A DNA stretch of 64,000 bases from Octopus bimaculoides (GCF_001194135.2 NC_068990.1:73811972-73875971), one strand, 5' to 3'; shown: positions 11,685 to 24,334, numbered from the stretch's first letter. A program made the numbers and translations. The notes: generated from the letters alone by a model not told the origin.

Positions 11685-13735
11685 ATTCAGTGTTTGCCAA
11701 GTATGAATGTGTCGCAAGACTTTATAAGAATTATGGATTATTAACAAATTTCACTCTGGATTATTTTTAAACACATCTATTTTAAAATTTGTTTACAAAT
11801 ATTTTTTAATATAGCTTCCTCTACTTGTGGAGCAGTAAAAGTTAGTAACAAGAAATGGAGTAGTGCTGAACATGTCCCTTTAAAAGTGAATAGTGTATTA
11901 ATCTTGAAACACACGAAACTTATTTCAAAAGAAGACAAACAGAATTAAAAAAACAGATAAACAGAAAAAAATACAAAAAAAACTCAGTCATAAGCATAGA
12001 CAGACAGAGTTTGTTATCCGAACACGCAAAGTTGTACGACACAAACAAGAATAACAAGAACAACGACAACGATAAAGACGATGACAATAACAACTACAGT
12101 AGCAGCATTAACACGCATATACACTTGTTAAATGAAGAAAAATAAGGATAGCAGTTTTAGCTTTGCTCACACTGACACTAATAGAATATTTCTGATTATG
12201 AACTGACTGACTGAAAAGAAATCTGCTTGGCAGAATTTTGTAATGAAGTAAGGTGCATATTTGAAAGAGTTCGCTAGTCAAGAACGCAAAAAGCAACTTA
12301 CCAATCTGGGCATTGGTATAAGCAGAGAACATTTCATCATATCCACAAAAGAACAATTAGAGGTAGTTCTGACCAATGTGTGTAAGGATTTCTCCTGTTC
12401 GTCGAAGAAAATTAAGAAACTGTGTACTTGATTTTAAAAGTGAGGACATGGAAAAGACCAAACTGTGCTAGTGTGTCTTACATCTGCCTACTCCCTAATT
12501 AAAAAAAAAACGTGGTGAAACATCACGAGGGTCACAATCAAGGATACTGCAATGCTATGAATCGTCTGTTTGTCATCTTCTTAACACAGCACTGACAAAT
12601 AGTGAACACTAAAATGACCAAAAACTGCATGTGGTTGAGATGGGACCTCAACGGACATACAAGTCCGAATGACCCCTTGAGTTTGCAGAACCATACTGGA
12701 ATGGTGCCTCGTCAATTACGCAGTAGGACAGGCCATGAAACTGATGATTAAAGATTGAAGACCTTGTTGCGATATGTGTGACATGTAAAGGTCAGCTTAG
12801 GGTTTCTTATACAGAATAACTCTAGACAAATCCAGCAGCAACACTAGCAGATGGTGAAAGCTCTTACTTCAATAACGCGCTACTCGCACATCCTTTGAAG
12901 CTTCAGGATAACTAAAAGACGCGCTTTATACTTCTCTATCCAAATGTATAGAGAAAATCTTAGATCGTCTAACATGCCAAATCATACCAACACAAACAAA
13001 CTTTGTAAACTTTGCACCACAGAATGTGTGAAATTTTAATCACTAAACTAAGGTTACATAAGATACATCCTGATATAACCTCTTCTTGTACTCTCCAATT
13101 TTATAGAAACCTAAAATATTACAACCTTTACAATTCTCAGATTAACAACACTAATGGAAATAACTGTTTACATCGAGATTTTTTAATAATTTAAAATAGC
13201 TGTTTACATAGATTTTTCAAGAAATGCTTTCACCATTACACAATTCGAAAGTGATTTTCTATTCAACAAATTTTTATCCTAACATTATGATAGACAAAAA
13301 TACTCGCGCTTTCATTTATATGTCTTTTTAATGTCCTCGTATTTTTCTACATTTACGAATTAACTTGTGTCATTGTCGCAAACATACAATTGTTTTAGTT
13401 TATGGCGATTCTTTACACTTTCATGCATCTTGTATGATTGCATTCGAGTACATGTTTGTGTACATGTTTATACATTCAAAAGTATGCACACACATATATG
13501 CATTTGGGTGTATATATATATATATGTAACCACACGTGTGCTGTTAGCAGTTTCTTTTCCATCTTTGGACTTTTCCATTTCTTCTTTCCGACCAAGAGCT
13601 ATACTCGAAATGTCAAACTCTATCCTTTCACTGAGCCTCAAGGTAATACGTTTCTTGTGCACGTCCTCACGTTTGCTTTTCCATGTTATATTCGTTTATT
13701 TGAGTTATTTGTTTATTTGAATTGACTATATACAT

Positions 13736-13802
<67 letters not shown>

Positions 13803-14159
13803 NNNNNNNNNNNNNNNNNNNNNNNNNNNNNNNNNNNNNNNNNNNNNNNNNNNNNNNNNNNNNNNNNNNNNNNNNNNNNNNNNNNNNNNNNNNNNNNNNN
13901 NNNNNNNNNNNNNNNNNNNNNNNNNNNNNNNNNNNNNNNNNNTTAGCAAATTGCTTCACGACATACCGAATTTAGAAATAGGAGTCAAAAATCCTACTAT
14001 AAGAATCTCCTCGAGAGTCACACACTTTTTTACGTAGGCAAAGAGGAAAAACAATGAATCAACACAACTACGATTAGTCACATACGCGTTTCGAGATTAA
14101 AGTGTTTAAATTACTTAATTAATCTAATTGATTTATTTTACCCTTTTATTATTAATTTG

Positions 14160-14200
<41 letters not shown>

Positions 14201-14787
14201 TAATGTTCCGTGATGGTAAGATCGACAAAAAAGTATTCTATTAATAAGCCCAATATGTGTATTTATGTACTACTATTAGTTTCATGTGCTGAGAGCATGC
14301 CAAACAATGGTTTTTAACACTCTGGTGTCCTAGCACAATCATCCATGCCCACGTGACATGGATTCGAGTATATGTGTGTGTATATTTGTACCTGTGTATG
14401 TGTTGAGTTGTATTTCCATTTGCAGTAATACATACTTATGCGTGTGTATGTGTATTGCACGTATCAATGTTATTATGTATTGCTTTATTGAAGTTTGTAT
14501 ACATGCTTTCCAGTTTACATAGTTAAATATATTGGTGTGTGTATTTATGTTACTTGAAATACCAACGAACTATCCTATATACTGATATTGCTTTATATAT
14601 CCTTGTAGTACTCTTAGATGTTATATACATTGCTTAAAAATATGTTGTGTACATATCTCAACGGTTATAGATTATGCTATATGTTTGTATTGTTATACGT
14701 ACAATACATATTCGATGATAATAATATTTCTATACATGAATCTAAATTTAGTCGGCTAATTTTAAAGACAAATACTAAAATTAAGGT

Positions 14788-14839
<52 letters not shown>

Positions 14840-15426
14840 CATGTGTGTGCGTATTTATGCCTGTATGTATGCATATACATATATGGATGTGCATATACTC
14901 ACAAGCACACACGTAGACACACACACGTAGACACACACACTTTTCTCTTTATACTGCAGATTCAATATTTGCAATATTCAGAGCGATATCCCTACCAGTA
15001 GCTTTATGCCTGTGAGTGAGCTTTTGTTTTATTGTGCCTTTATAAATTTTACACGCATGTTACCATTTTTGCAATATTCAGAGATACATCTCTATCATAA
15101 GTTTCCTACTGGCAACACCGTTTTAATATTTTATTGTTTAATTTATAAAATTACTTGCAAGTTATCTAAAAGAATATTTTGTTTATGATACTGCCATGAC
15201 AACTAGGTGTTGCACAGAAATAAATAGTTTATGTTTAGCACACAGATACATATATATATATACCTATACATACAAACTGACACGTATAAGATGTTTATAG
15301 CATAATTCTTTACAATATGCAGGAAATAAACTTGAATATTGGCAAGTAAATTTGAAAAAGAACTTAAACTTTTAGCGAGTAACCTTGTCTCTTAAGTTAC
15401 TTTCTTTTTATTTATCCTTTTCTTTT

Positions 15427-15457
<31 letters not shown>

Positions 15458-15765
15458 NNNNNNNNNNNNNNNNNNNNNNNNNNNNNNNNNNNNNNNNNNN
15501 NNNNNNNNNNNNNNNNNNNNNNNNNNNNNNNNNNNNNNNNNNNNNNNNNNNNNNNNNNNNNNNNNNNNNNNNNNNNNNNNNNNNNNNNNNNNNNNNNNNN
15601 NNNNNNNNNNNNNNNNNNNNNNNNNNNNNNNNNNNNNNNNNNNNNNNNNNNNNNNNNNNNNNNNNNNNNNNNNNNNNNNNNNNNNNNNNNNNNNNNNNNN
15701 NNNNNNNNNNNNNNNNNNNNNNNNNNNNNNNNNNNNNNNNNNNNNNNNNNNNNNNNNNNNNNNNN

Positions 15766-15837
<72 letters not shown>

Positions 15838-16320
15838 GCAAGCAAGCAACATACAGTCACACACACTTACATGGACACATGCAAATACATGCAGATATTC
15901 ACATACAACACACCTAAAACAAGCGTTAACCCACATTAAGGATAATGTGATATGAAACAGTAAAAAATATTGGAGTTTTTTTTTAAATGTGTTATATTTA
16001 ATGTAAATACATTGCGGAAAGCAAACTTACTGCCTTATTTGCCTGAAGGTAATAGTTCTTATAGACGTGTTGTCTATATCGGAGGGAGATGAAAATTGTC
16101 CTTACAGTGGTTACTGTTTAAATAAACCGTCAATCTATTGTAATTTATTTGTAAGCCTCAGTTGTGAAGAAAACATACCATGTGGAAACGTTTACATTCT
16201 CTATAGCTAAGGCACTAAACAAACTGCAAATTTATTAACTTTATAAATGTTTCAGGTTTTCTGAAATGACTTTAATACCTTTTTACTTGTCAAAATCTTT
16301 CATATATACATACGTATATA

Positions 16321-16809
16321 TCTGGCAGGTATGTAAATCGTCCTTACGGTGGTTGGTGAGAGTGCTGGATGATTTTCTGCTTCCTTGGGTGTTGTCAATA
16401 GCATTCACTCGCAGCCAACCGCATAACGAGAAAAATATCTAACACACCAATATAGGAAAACGGTGAATGAACAATAACTAGTGTTGCAAATACTATGAAT
16501 AACCAACCGGTGGAATACCGTAGTAAATTTGCTTTATGCGATGTATTTACATTCAGTATAATACACAGGTGGGTAGCTATTTTAATCCAATACTGCTTCT
16601 GTTGCCTATAACGGATTTTTATTCCGTTGGGAAGCTATTTGCGACACCAGTCGCAATAGTTCATTCACTATCTTCCTGTGTCGGTGGTAATAGATTTCAT
16701 TTTAGCATGTGGCTTGTTGCGAGTACATGCTCTTGACAACGCCCAATGCAGCAGAAGTGCATCTAGCATTCCCTCAGCCACTGCTCGGGTGATTTTCCTC
16801 TGCACCTGA
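16321..16809. mobile_element. Old MITE-like element with ~110-bp imperfect terminal inverted repeats, TA-flanked (Tc1/mariner type)
   Basis: 16321-16430 aligns to the reverse complement of 16700-16809 (hand count ~48/62 in the core). Both ends abut TA, and a third end-like piece lies at ~16073-16115. Confidence 0.55.
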
Positions 16810-17253
16810 TATATACTGTTTTTTTTTAGACACAACACACCCATAAAAGATAATATCTCCGGGCAAATACTAAAGTAAATTTGCTTTATATATTTTTGCC
16901 CAAATACTTATTCTAAAAAATAGCTTTTCTGCAACTTGATTTTTACCTTCATTAAATCAATAGCGATAATACTTTGGTAGTCATATATTTTCCTTGACTA
17001 ATCAACTTTCATTCACATATAATTTTATTTATTCTGTTTTTGTTTGTCTCTTCACATATTCATCTTCCTTTATCTACATTCAAACTTGCTGATCTTTGGA
17101 TTCACTTTTCAGATTTTTACTCCTAATTTTCTTTTGTCTGTAATTTTAACTACTGCTGCAGCTTCTTATTTCTTTGACATTTCACATCTGATGGTGAAAC
17201 TTTCTATCTATTTTGTTTTCCTACATAAACGCCAGAAAGGAAAAAACTTCTGT

Positions 17254-17830
17254 TTTTAAAGTTCCCATCGAGATGGGGGGAATTCAACCATGTTTCGTGG
17301 TCTGCTACCACAACAGCTCCTTTAGAGGATCCAGTTAGCTCAAGACATCGTCAGGAGGAACCACATCCGGTTTCGGCCCCTACTCCTCTACCGGGTTTTC
17401 TCGGATGCTCTGATCTTTTGAATACCTTAGCATCATTACTGTCCTCACCTTTCCTGCTTTATATTCTTCGGTGATTGATGTTATTGGTAGTTACAGCACG
17501 GGTTTTCCATATAGTGCAGTTGTATTCAGTGGTTTCGGCAGACCAAGCCATTTTCTGATAAACACACTGCATCTTTGTTCCATCCTTTCTATTCTACTCG
17601 CGGCTATTTTGTACATTTGCAATGGCCACATTATCCTTGGGTACAGCCCAAATTGCAGTATCCAACATTTGAATTTTCCCGGCGGTGTTGTTCTGTCAAT
17701 TGCCTTTAATCCTTGTTCTACTAACTTGTGTGTTTCTTCCCCTTGCTTCTTATCATTTAATAAATCTCTATACCATCTCCCAAGACTCTTTACTGGTTGT
17801 TCTTTCACTGTTGGTATGGACCCATTCAGT
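17254..17830 (-). mobile_element. Second HERO-like LINE fragment: post-RT region joined directly to a 3' UTR
   Basis: The minus ORF reads IPTVKEQPVKSLGRWY...KFKCWILQFGLYPRIMWPLQMY...IRKWLGLP, then LQLPITSITEEYKAGKVRTVMMLRYSKD, followed by a UTR with a terminal hairpin cccatc/gatggg. Confidence 0.8.
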
Positions 17831-18015
17831 TGCCAAGTGTTATTCAAGAGATCAGAAAGGGCCACTCAGAAGGCCTCCACAATGATGGAAAGATAATTTA
17901 GTTAAGCTATTCAGGACAAGATGGAAGAGAACAATTCAATTACGAAAGAGATGTAAGTGCATGGTGACTGGTGATGCATAACAACATCTGATAGTCTACT
18001 CGATATTGTGATTCA

Positions 18016-18060
<45 letters not shown>

Positions 18061-18083
18061 GCACATAAATATATACATAAAAC

Positions 18084-18129
<46 letters not shown>

Positions 18130-19904
18130 GTATTATTAGATAGATATAGATATATATACATGCATATACACACACACACACAAACATATATATATGGTTA
18201 GATGTATGTGTACACAAACACGCACACATACAAACACAAAACACCTTATGCTGTCCTGTTTAGGTCAACTTTGCCTTTCATCCTTTTGAAGGTCAATGAA
18301 GAAATATATATATAAAAAAAATATAAGACAGCATTCTTCATTTGAGAGAATGATTAATGAAAAATACTGAACATGAAACCAAGAAACAACAACAACAACA
18401 AAGAACTGGAAACACAGAAAGAGATAGACTAGAAATAACTACTTCCCGTCTATCTGTTTCCTTTTATATTCCTTCAACCCTCTTGGAGTCTGAATAACTG
18501 CATAATAATCTTGGAGACAAGTAACAGAACACCTTTACTGGATTAGCAGATGAATCTATTGAAACATCATTTAATGTTGCTGCCTAATGTCTACTGTTGC
18601 TCTTCCTTCCAGAGCCTTTGGAACAAACAAACAAACAAAAAAAGTTGTATTTTTCTCTTTATTTTTGTGTGTCAAATGATTGGGATTTTTAAAAAACTAT
18701 GTATTGATTATTTTTTTTTTTTAACTAATGAGAAATAGACATTAGATGGTTGTTGTATTTATAAAGAGAAAAATCTTTACTGCTATGTGTTTATTTTGTT
18801 TTTTTTTGTTTTTTTTTCTTTATATTTTTATTGTTTCCAATTTGTTTTTCTTTTTTCCTTTCTTCACTTTTGTTATACTTTTTTCTTTCTTTTCTTTTAG
18901 TTTTTCGTTTTTCTTTCTTTTTGTTTGTTTGTTTGTTTGTGAACTNNNNNNNNNNNNNNNNNNNNNNNNNNNNNNNNNNNNNNNNNNNNNNNNNNNNNNN
19001 NNNNNNNNNNNNNNNNNNNNNNNNNNNNNNNNNNNNNNNNNNNNNNNNNNNNNNNNNNNNNNNNNNNNNNNNNNNNNNNNNNNNNNNNNNNNNNNNNNNN
19101 NNNNNNNNNNNNNNNNNNNNNNNNNNNNNNNNNNNNNNNNNNNNNNNNNNNNNNNNNNNNNNNNNNNNNNNNNNNNNNNNNNNNNNNNNNNNNNNNNNNN
19201 NNNNNNNNNNNNNNNNNNNNNNNNNNNNNNNNNNNNNNNNNNNNNNNNNNNNNNNNNNNNNNNNNNNNNNNNNNNNNNNNNNNNNNNNNNNNNNNNNNNN
19301 NNNNNNNNNNNNNNNNNNNNNNNNNNNNNNNNNNNNNNNNNNNNNNNNNNNNNNNNNNNNNNNNNNNNNNNNNNNNNNNNNNNNNNNNNNNNNNNNNNNN
19401 NNNNNNNNNNNNNNNNNNNNNNNNNNNNNNNNNNNNNNNNNNNNNNNNNNNNNNNNNNNNNNNNNNNNNNNNNNNNNNNNNNNNNNNNNNNNNNNNNNNN
19501 NNNNNNNNNNNNNNNNNNNNNNNNNNNNNNNNNNNNNNNNNNNNNNNNNNNNNNNNNNNNNNNNNNNNNNNNNNNNNNNNNNNNNNNNNNNNNNNNNNNN
19601 NNNNNNNNNNNNNNNNNNNNNNNNNNNNNNNNNNNNNNNNNTTATTTATTTATTTAAATTTAAACCCCGATTCATTTCTCCTTTCTCCTTGCTGCCACCA
19701 CCCTGTCACGTAAATTACCAGATTTAAGCCTTGTTCTAGTTCTTATAAAATTTATGAATTAATTAATTTTTAAAAAAATGAAAAAAAAACAAAACAAATA
19801 AAGAGAATCTTACTGAAATCAATAAAATGCTATAACTTAGGTTAAGTATCTGCTTGATAGATTCTTAATTTTCAATCATGTAAACTGGGGTAACATTTCA
19901 TTCA

Positions 19905-19937
<33 letters not shown>

Positions 19938-20089
19938 TATATATAGTACGCACCACAGTTATTCTGCTCCATCAATGTATTGAGAACTAACACATTGTTA
20001 ACACACTACTACCAACACACCAATACTACCAACATCATCCAGCTACACCTATGAGTGAAATGTAAATTTTATAACTTAGAAGCCTGTTA

Positions 20090-20198
20090 TGTCACCTGAT
20101 GAGTTTTTTCATCACTGTGGGGTGTATTCGATTTCATTATATCGTTCCTCACCCACTAGGAAGCAGTGCAGAAGTATGTCGAAACGATTGTTGTGATA
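20090..20198 (+). ncRNA. Type I hammerhead-ribozyme-like sequence with extended stem II (probable PLE terminal-repeat relic)
   Basis: Layout: tgtcac-CTGATGA-g[~75 nt]c-GAAA-c-gatt-g-TT-gtgata. Stem I tgtcac/gtgata pairs over 6 bp (one G-U), and the stem II insert contains cactg/cagtg and tggggtg/caccca arms. Confidence 0.65.
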
Positions 20199-20401
20199 AA
20201 GTTTCCACTATGCTCTGTCTTTTGTATCAATCAGTTTGAAAATATTCAACATGCACTGATGAATTCCTAACTTAGATCCAATGACCAAGCTCCATTTACT
20301 GTAGATGACATCTGGTAGTGTGATAAGTAGTGAACGTGCTCTGCTGGGACACTATCAGGGACACACCCAAAATATAGTTTGGATGCTAAATGTTAAAATT
20401 T

Positions 20402-20475
20402 CATATCTAAACTTTAATTTTAGTATAGCCCCTGTGTAAGGATGACACAAATTCGTAAAGCATTCCATATTTTTT
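20402..20475 (+). pseudogene. RNU6: U6 snRNA pseudogene (3' half; ACAGAGA box deleted)
   Basis: 20420-20474 ttagtatagcccctgtgtaaggatgacac--aaattcgtaaagcattccatattttt matches 49/57 positions of the canonical U6 3' half by hand alignment. Upstream catatctaaactt resembles U6 catatactaaaatt. Confidence 0.85.
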
Positions 20476-20480
20476 GCAGG

Positions 20481-20815
20481 TTCACACACATGGCTGTGTT
20501 GTAAGAAGCTTGCTTTCCAGCCACATGGTGCTGGGTTCAGTCCCACTGTGTGGAACCTTGGGCAAGCGTCTTTTACAATAGTCTTGGGCTAACCAAAGAA
20601 TTGTGAGTGGATTTGGTAGATGGAAACTGAAGGAAGCTCATTGTATATATATATAATTTTGGCAGGGGAGGCTCCCACAACCACTTGACAACTTAGCTGT
20701 TTGGCATAAAAGACCAATAGAATAAGTATGAGGCTTAGAAAAATAAGTACTATGGTTGATTTGATTGACTAAAAATTCTTCAAAGTAGTGCCCTAGCATG
20801 GCCACACTCAATTAA
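20481..20815 (+). mobile_element. SINE family A copy
   Basis: Head 'tggctgtgttgtaagaagcttgc...gggttcagtcccactg' and tail 'aataagtatgaggcttag...gtgccctagcatggccac'. Confidence 0.85.
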
Positions 20816-21282
20816 GCCATCAACAACCTCTAAATTTAGTTCTCTCTATTTCTTTCTCTCTTATCTCTCTCTCTTTGTCTCTGTTTTGCACACATGCACA
20901 CAAATACATACACACACAAGCATACACATATAAGAACACATGTACACATACACACACACTCACACACACACACACATACACACACTCACACACACACATA
21001 TAAACGCACAAACACACGCACACCCACAGATATCAGCACATGAAGTTTTAAACCCCACCCCCAGTTTGGATTAACGAAAATTAAGAATTTTTCCATGCAG
21101 GTACTTAATTTATGCTTAAAGTTAACTTTTAACTTTTAGTAAAACACTCAAATGTTCTCCTAAAGCAAGGTTATAGTTATTTAACCCCAGGACAGACCAC
21201 ATTGACCAAGCAGATCAATGATGAATGACATTTTAGCAATGACACTTTCCATTTTTGTCTTGTTTAGGGAGGGAAGTATTAA

Positions 21283-21862
21283 CCTTATTTCACGTTGCTC
21301 CAGTTCACTCAGCTGTAGAAATGAGTTGCAACATCACTGGTGCCAAGCTATATTGGCCTTTGCCTTTCTCTTGGACAACATCGGTGGCATGGAGAGGGGA
21401 GGCTGGTATGGATGGGTGAATGCTGGTCTTTCGCAAACAACCTTATCCGGACTTGTGCCTTGGAGGGTAACTTTCTAGCTGCAATCCCATGGTCATTCAT
21501 GACCAAAGCGGAACCTTACCCTTTTTACCCTACACACACACACACACATACATATATATGAAGTAGTGAGTTCAATTCCTGGACTGGGCTGTGTGTTGTG
21601 TTCTTGAGCAAGACACTTTTATTTCACATGGCTCCAGTTCACTCAGCGGTAGAAAGAGTTGTGACGTCACTGGTGCCAAGCTGTATCAGCCATTGCCTTT
21701 CCCTTGGATAACATCGGTGGTATGGAGAGGGGAGGCTGGTATGCATGGGATGACTGCTGGTCTTCCGTAAACAAACTTGTTCTGACTTGTGCCTCAGAGG
21801 GTAACTTTCTAGATGCTATCCCATGGTTATTCATGATTGAAAGGTGTCTTTATCCTTTTTTT
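21283..21862 (+). mobile_element. Two tandem copies of SINE family C (about 21283-21530 and 21565-21862)
   Basis: Both share 'tttatttcacgttgctccagttcactcagctgtagaa...ggagaggggaggctggtatg...gagggtaactttctag' with each other and with 26760-27070. Confidence 0.85.
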
Positions 21863-22019
21863 TTCATGGACAGTATCTCTGAATCTTTCCAAAGCCTCTG
21901 TAGTCTGTGGGACAAGATCATTTTCAGACCAGAGACTTCACCTGAACTTCATACTTGCATTAGAGTGTACACCACTAAAAGTACCTAAGGTGCCAAGTAA
22001 TGGCATGTTCTTCCTTCTC

Positions 22020-22403
22020 TGATGTGGTTAGGTGTAATTTTAAGATTTTGGCTGCTATTTCTAACAGTTTGAACAACTACTTAGAAGAACTCCCAATGAT
22101 TAACCTATATCAAAACTGTATAGACTGAGGTGCTAAATAATGGTAGTAAACGTGGGCAACAAATTAAATTTATCACCTAATTATCCAATGTTTCTTTTAT
22201 AATGTAACTTGGTGTACTTTGAGGGGAATTTTGGCTGCTATTTCTAACAATTTGAACAGTCACATAGAAGAATTCTCTATGGCTTGCATTTATCAATACA
22301 GTGGTGCAAGATAGTGGTGAAAATCATGGTCAAGAGAATAATTTTAGTGCCTCATTATCTAAAGTATTCTTCTAGCGCAGATATGGTTTGGTGTGGTTTT
22401 TTA
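22020..22403 (+). repeat. Tandemly arranged ~180-bp repeat units (SINE-tail-like); the third unit continues at 23190-23260
   Basis: The motif 'attttggctgctatttctaaca.tttgaaca' recurs at ~22045, ~22228 and ~23200. Confidence 0.7.
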
Positions 22404-22598
22404 CCCTTTAGCCTTCAGATTACTCTGTCAAATGTATTACTTACACTGTTTTGAATTAATTTTCATTATTTTGTACCTTCAAGATTTCAATAATAGGATT
22501 GTTTGTCTTTAGAATGTCGTTGCAAGGTAAATGTGAGAAACCAAATCTGAAAAATTTGAACGTAAAACAGGTAGAATGCTTCTACCTAATATGAGAAT

Positions 22599-23172
22599 CT
22601 ATGATTCTCAATCGGGATCCCTATGGCCCCTGAGGATCTAAGTAAGATTTTTGAGGGTCCACACAGCAAATTAGTAAATTGGGGATCCATAATTGTATTC
22701 AAAGGGTCCATGAAAAATATTTTGCTTTAAATGTATGTATTGGCATGTATTGTAAGAAATAGTTAGGTTCCTTTCTCTAAGATACATAGTTCAACCTACA
22801 CAAATTAACACTTTTAATACCAACCCACCTAAAGCCACCCTTGGCTATATCATGCAGACTCTGATTTTAAAGTAATTTAAGTTAAAATCTTCCAGAAAAT
22901 TTCAGGATAATTTATGTTCTAAACACCAATTTAATAGTGATGGTTATTTTGCGGGAATTTTTCATAATTTTTAAAATTAATCAAAACAAAGTTGGTATAT
23001 TTTAACAGAAATATGGTAACGAAAGGGTTTATGTACAAAAAACAAAATAGGAATTTTGAAAGAAGTATCTATAAAACTAGTTTGTAAACATCGAATGGCT
23101 ATGGGGTATCTGCCAGGATAAAACAGTAACCAAAGGGGTCCATAGATGAAAAAAAATTGTTGAGAACCCCTG
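22599..23172. mobile_element. hAT (Charlie-type) MITE nested in the piggyBac MITE
   Basis: Right TIR gttgagaacccctg, left decayed TIR ctatgattctcaat, and internal 'ggggtccat/gggatcc' subterminal repeats. No 8-bp TSD is resolvable. Confidence 0.65.
22809..23027. mobile_element. Second piggyBac-type MITE (innermost)
   Basis: ttaa|cacttttaatacc ... ggtaacgaaaggg|ttta. Confidence 0.65.
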
Positions 23173-23766
23173 GTTTAAATGCTGAAGTGTTAAGGAAGAT
23201 TTTGACTGCTATTTCTGACAATTTGAACAACCACGTGGAAACTCTCTTCATGACTCACATATATCAATAGAGTAGGAAAAGGAGGGGGTGTATTTTGAAT
23301 TGTAACAATTAACGATTTAAGCTGATCTTGAAATTCTGCCTCAAAACTTGAAGTTAAACAAAAATTAAATAAAAATTTCATTGAAATCTATGTAAAAAAA
23401 ATTCGGCTTATTTGTTTTTTTCTTTTTAACTTAATTTGTTTAAGAGTCTAGATTTTAAACGCAAATTCTTATCCACTTAATTTTGGTATATGAAACACTT
23501 TACGAATTAAAATAATAAAATAAATAAAAGTACTAAAAGAAAACTTTGTAAGAAATTTCTAAACATAGTTTGAACCAATAATATCAGTCACTGAAGTTTG
23601 TTTGTATTTGCGTGTATATGTGTGTATGAGAGTGTGCACATATATGTATGTATATATATGTGCATTTGTATACATATATATATATATATAAACACACATA
23701 CAAATATATATATATATATATATGTGCATATATATATAAGTTCACAGGTGTATACATAGGTATGTA

Positions 23767-23802
<36 letters not shown>

Positions 23803-24302
23803 TATATATATATATCCACATCATGTACCCATCTTTCTTCCTTCATCCTTTCACCGACCACTCCATTCTGACAGTGATTTCCATCATTATCTACTTAACT
23901 GACAATGTATATTTCTATTTATCCATCAATTCAAACAAGTACACTTTACAGAAACACACATACACACACCTACACGCACCTACACACAGACACACACACA
24001 CACACACACACACACACCAACACAGAAGTGCACACAATCATATATTGGTTAATATTATTAGATTGATGTTAATACTGGTTAAGTTTAAAGATGAATTTAT
24101 CAAACATCAATGGTTCAATTAATGGTTATTTAGTCTTCATCAAATTATTTATAATTTTGGGTATTCAAATCAACTTAAATACAAAATACATACATACACA
24201 AACTACTTATGCATATATGTGTGTGTGTATTATATATATATATATATATGATTATATATGTTTATAGACATATTTTCATATACCTATATAAATACACACA
24301 CA

Positions 24303-24334
<32 letters not shown>

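Larger units (their letters stand above)
22404..23189. mobile_element. piggyBac-type MITE (outer), interrupted by nested elements
   Basis: Ends are ccctttagccttca... and ...aaatgctgaagtg, flanked by ttta/ttaa (decayed TTAA duplication). Confidence 0.65.

Noticed and set aside
13535-13642. Possible plus-strand exon ending caag|gtaata
   Set aside because: Weak acceptor, no recognisable product and no supporting neighbours.
14070-14110. Minus-strand GAAACGCGTA hammerhead-like half (similar words at ~36250-36280 and ~35185-35210)
   Set aside because: No intact CTGANGA partner or stem I; at most PLE relics.
16030-16440. Two apparent minus-strand exons (16113-16031 and 16438-16348) with GTAAG donors
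   Set aside because: They are homologous to each other and to the inverted arm at 16700-16809, so they are MITE terminal-repeat sequence.
17270-17385. GAAAC...CTGACGA...GAAAC in the HERO 3' UTR as a hammerhead
   Set aside because: Stem II lacks a closing pair and stem I pairs for only 2 bp in either topology.
20256-20275. Second CTGATGA downstream of the hammerhead
   Set aside because: No following GAAA or stems.
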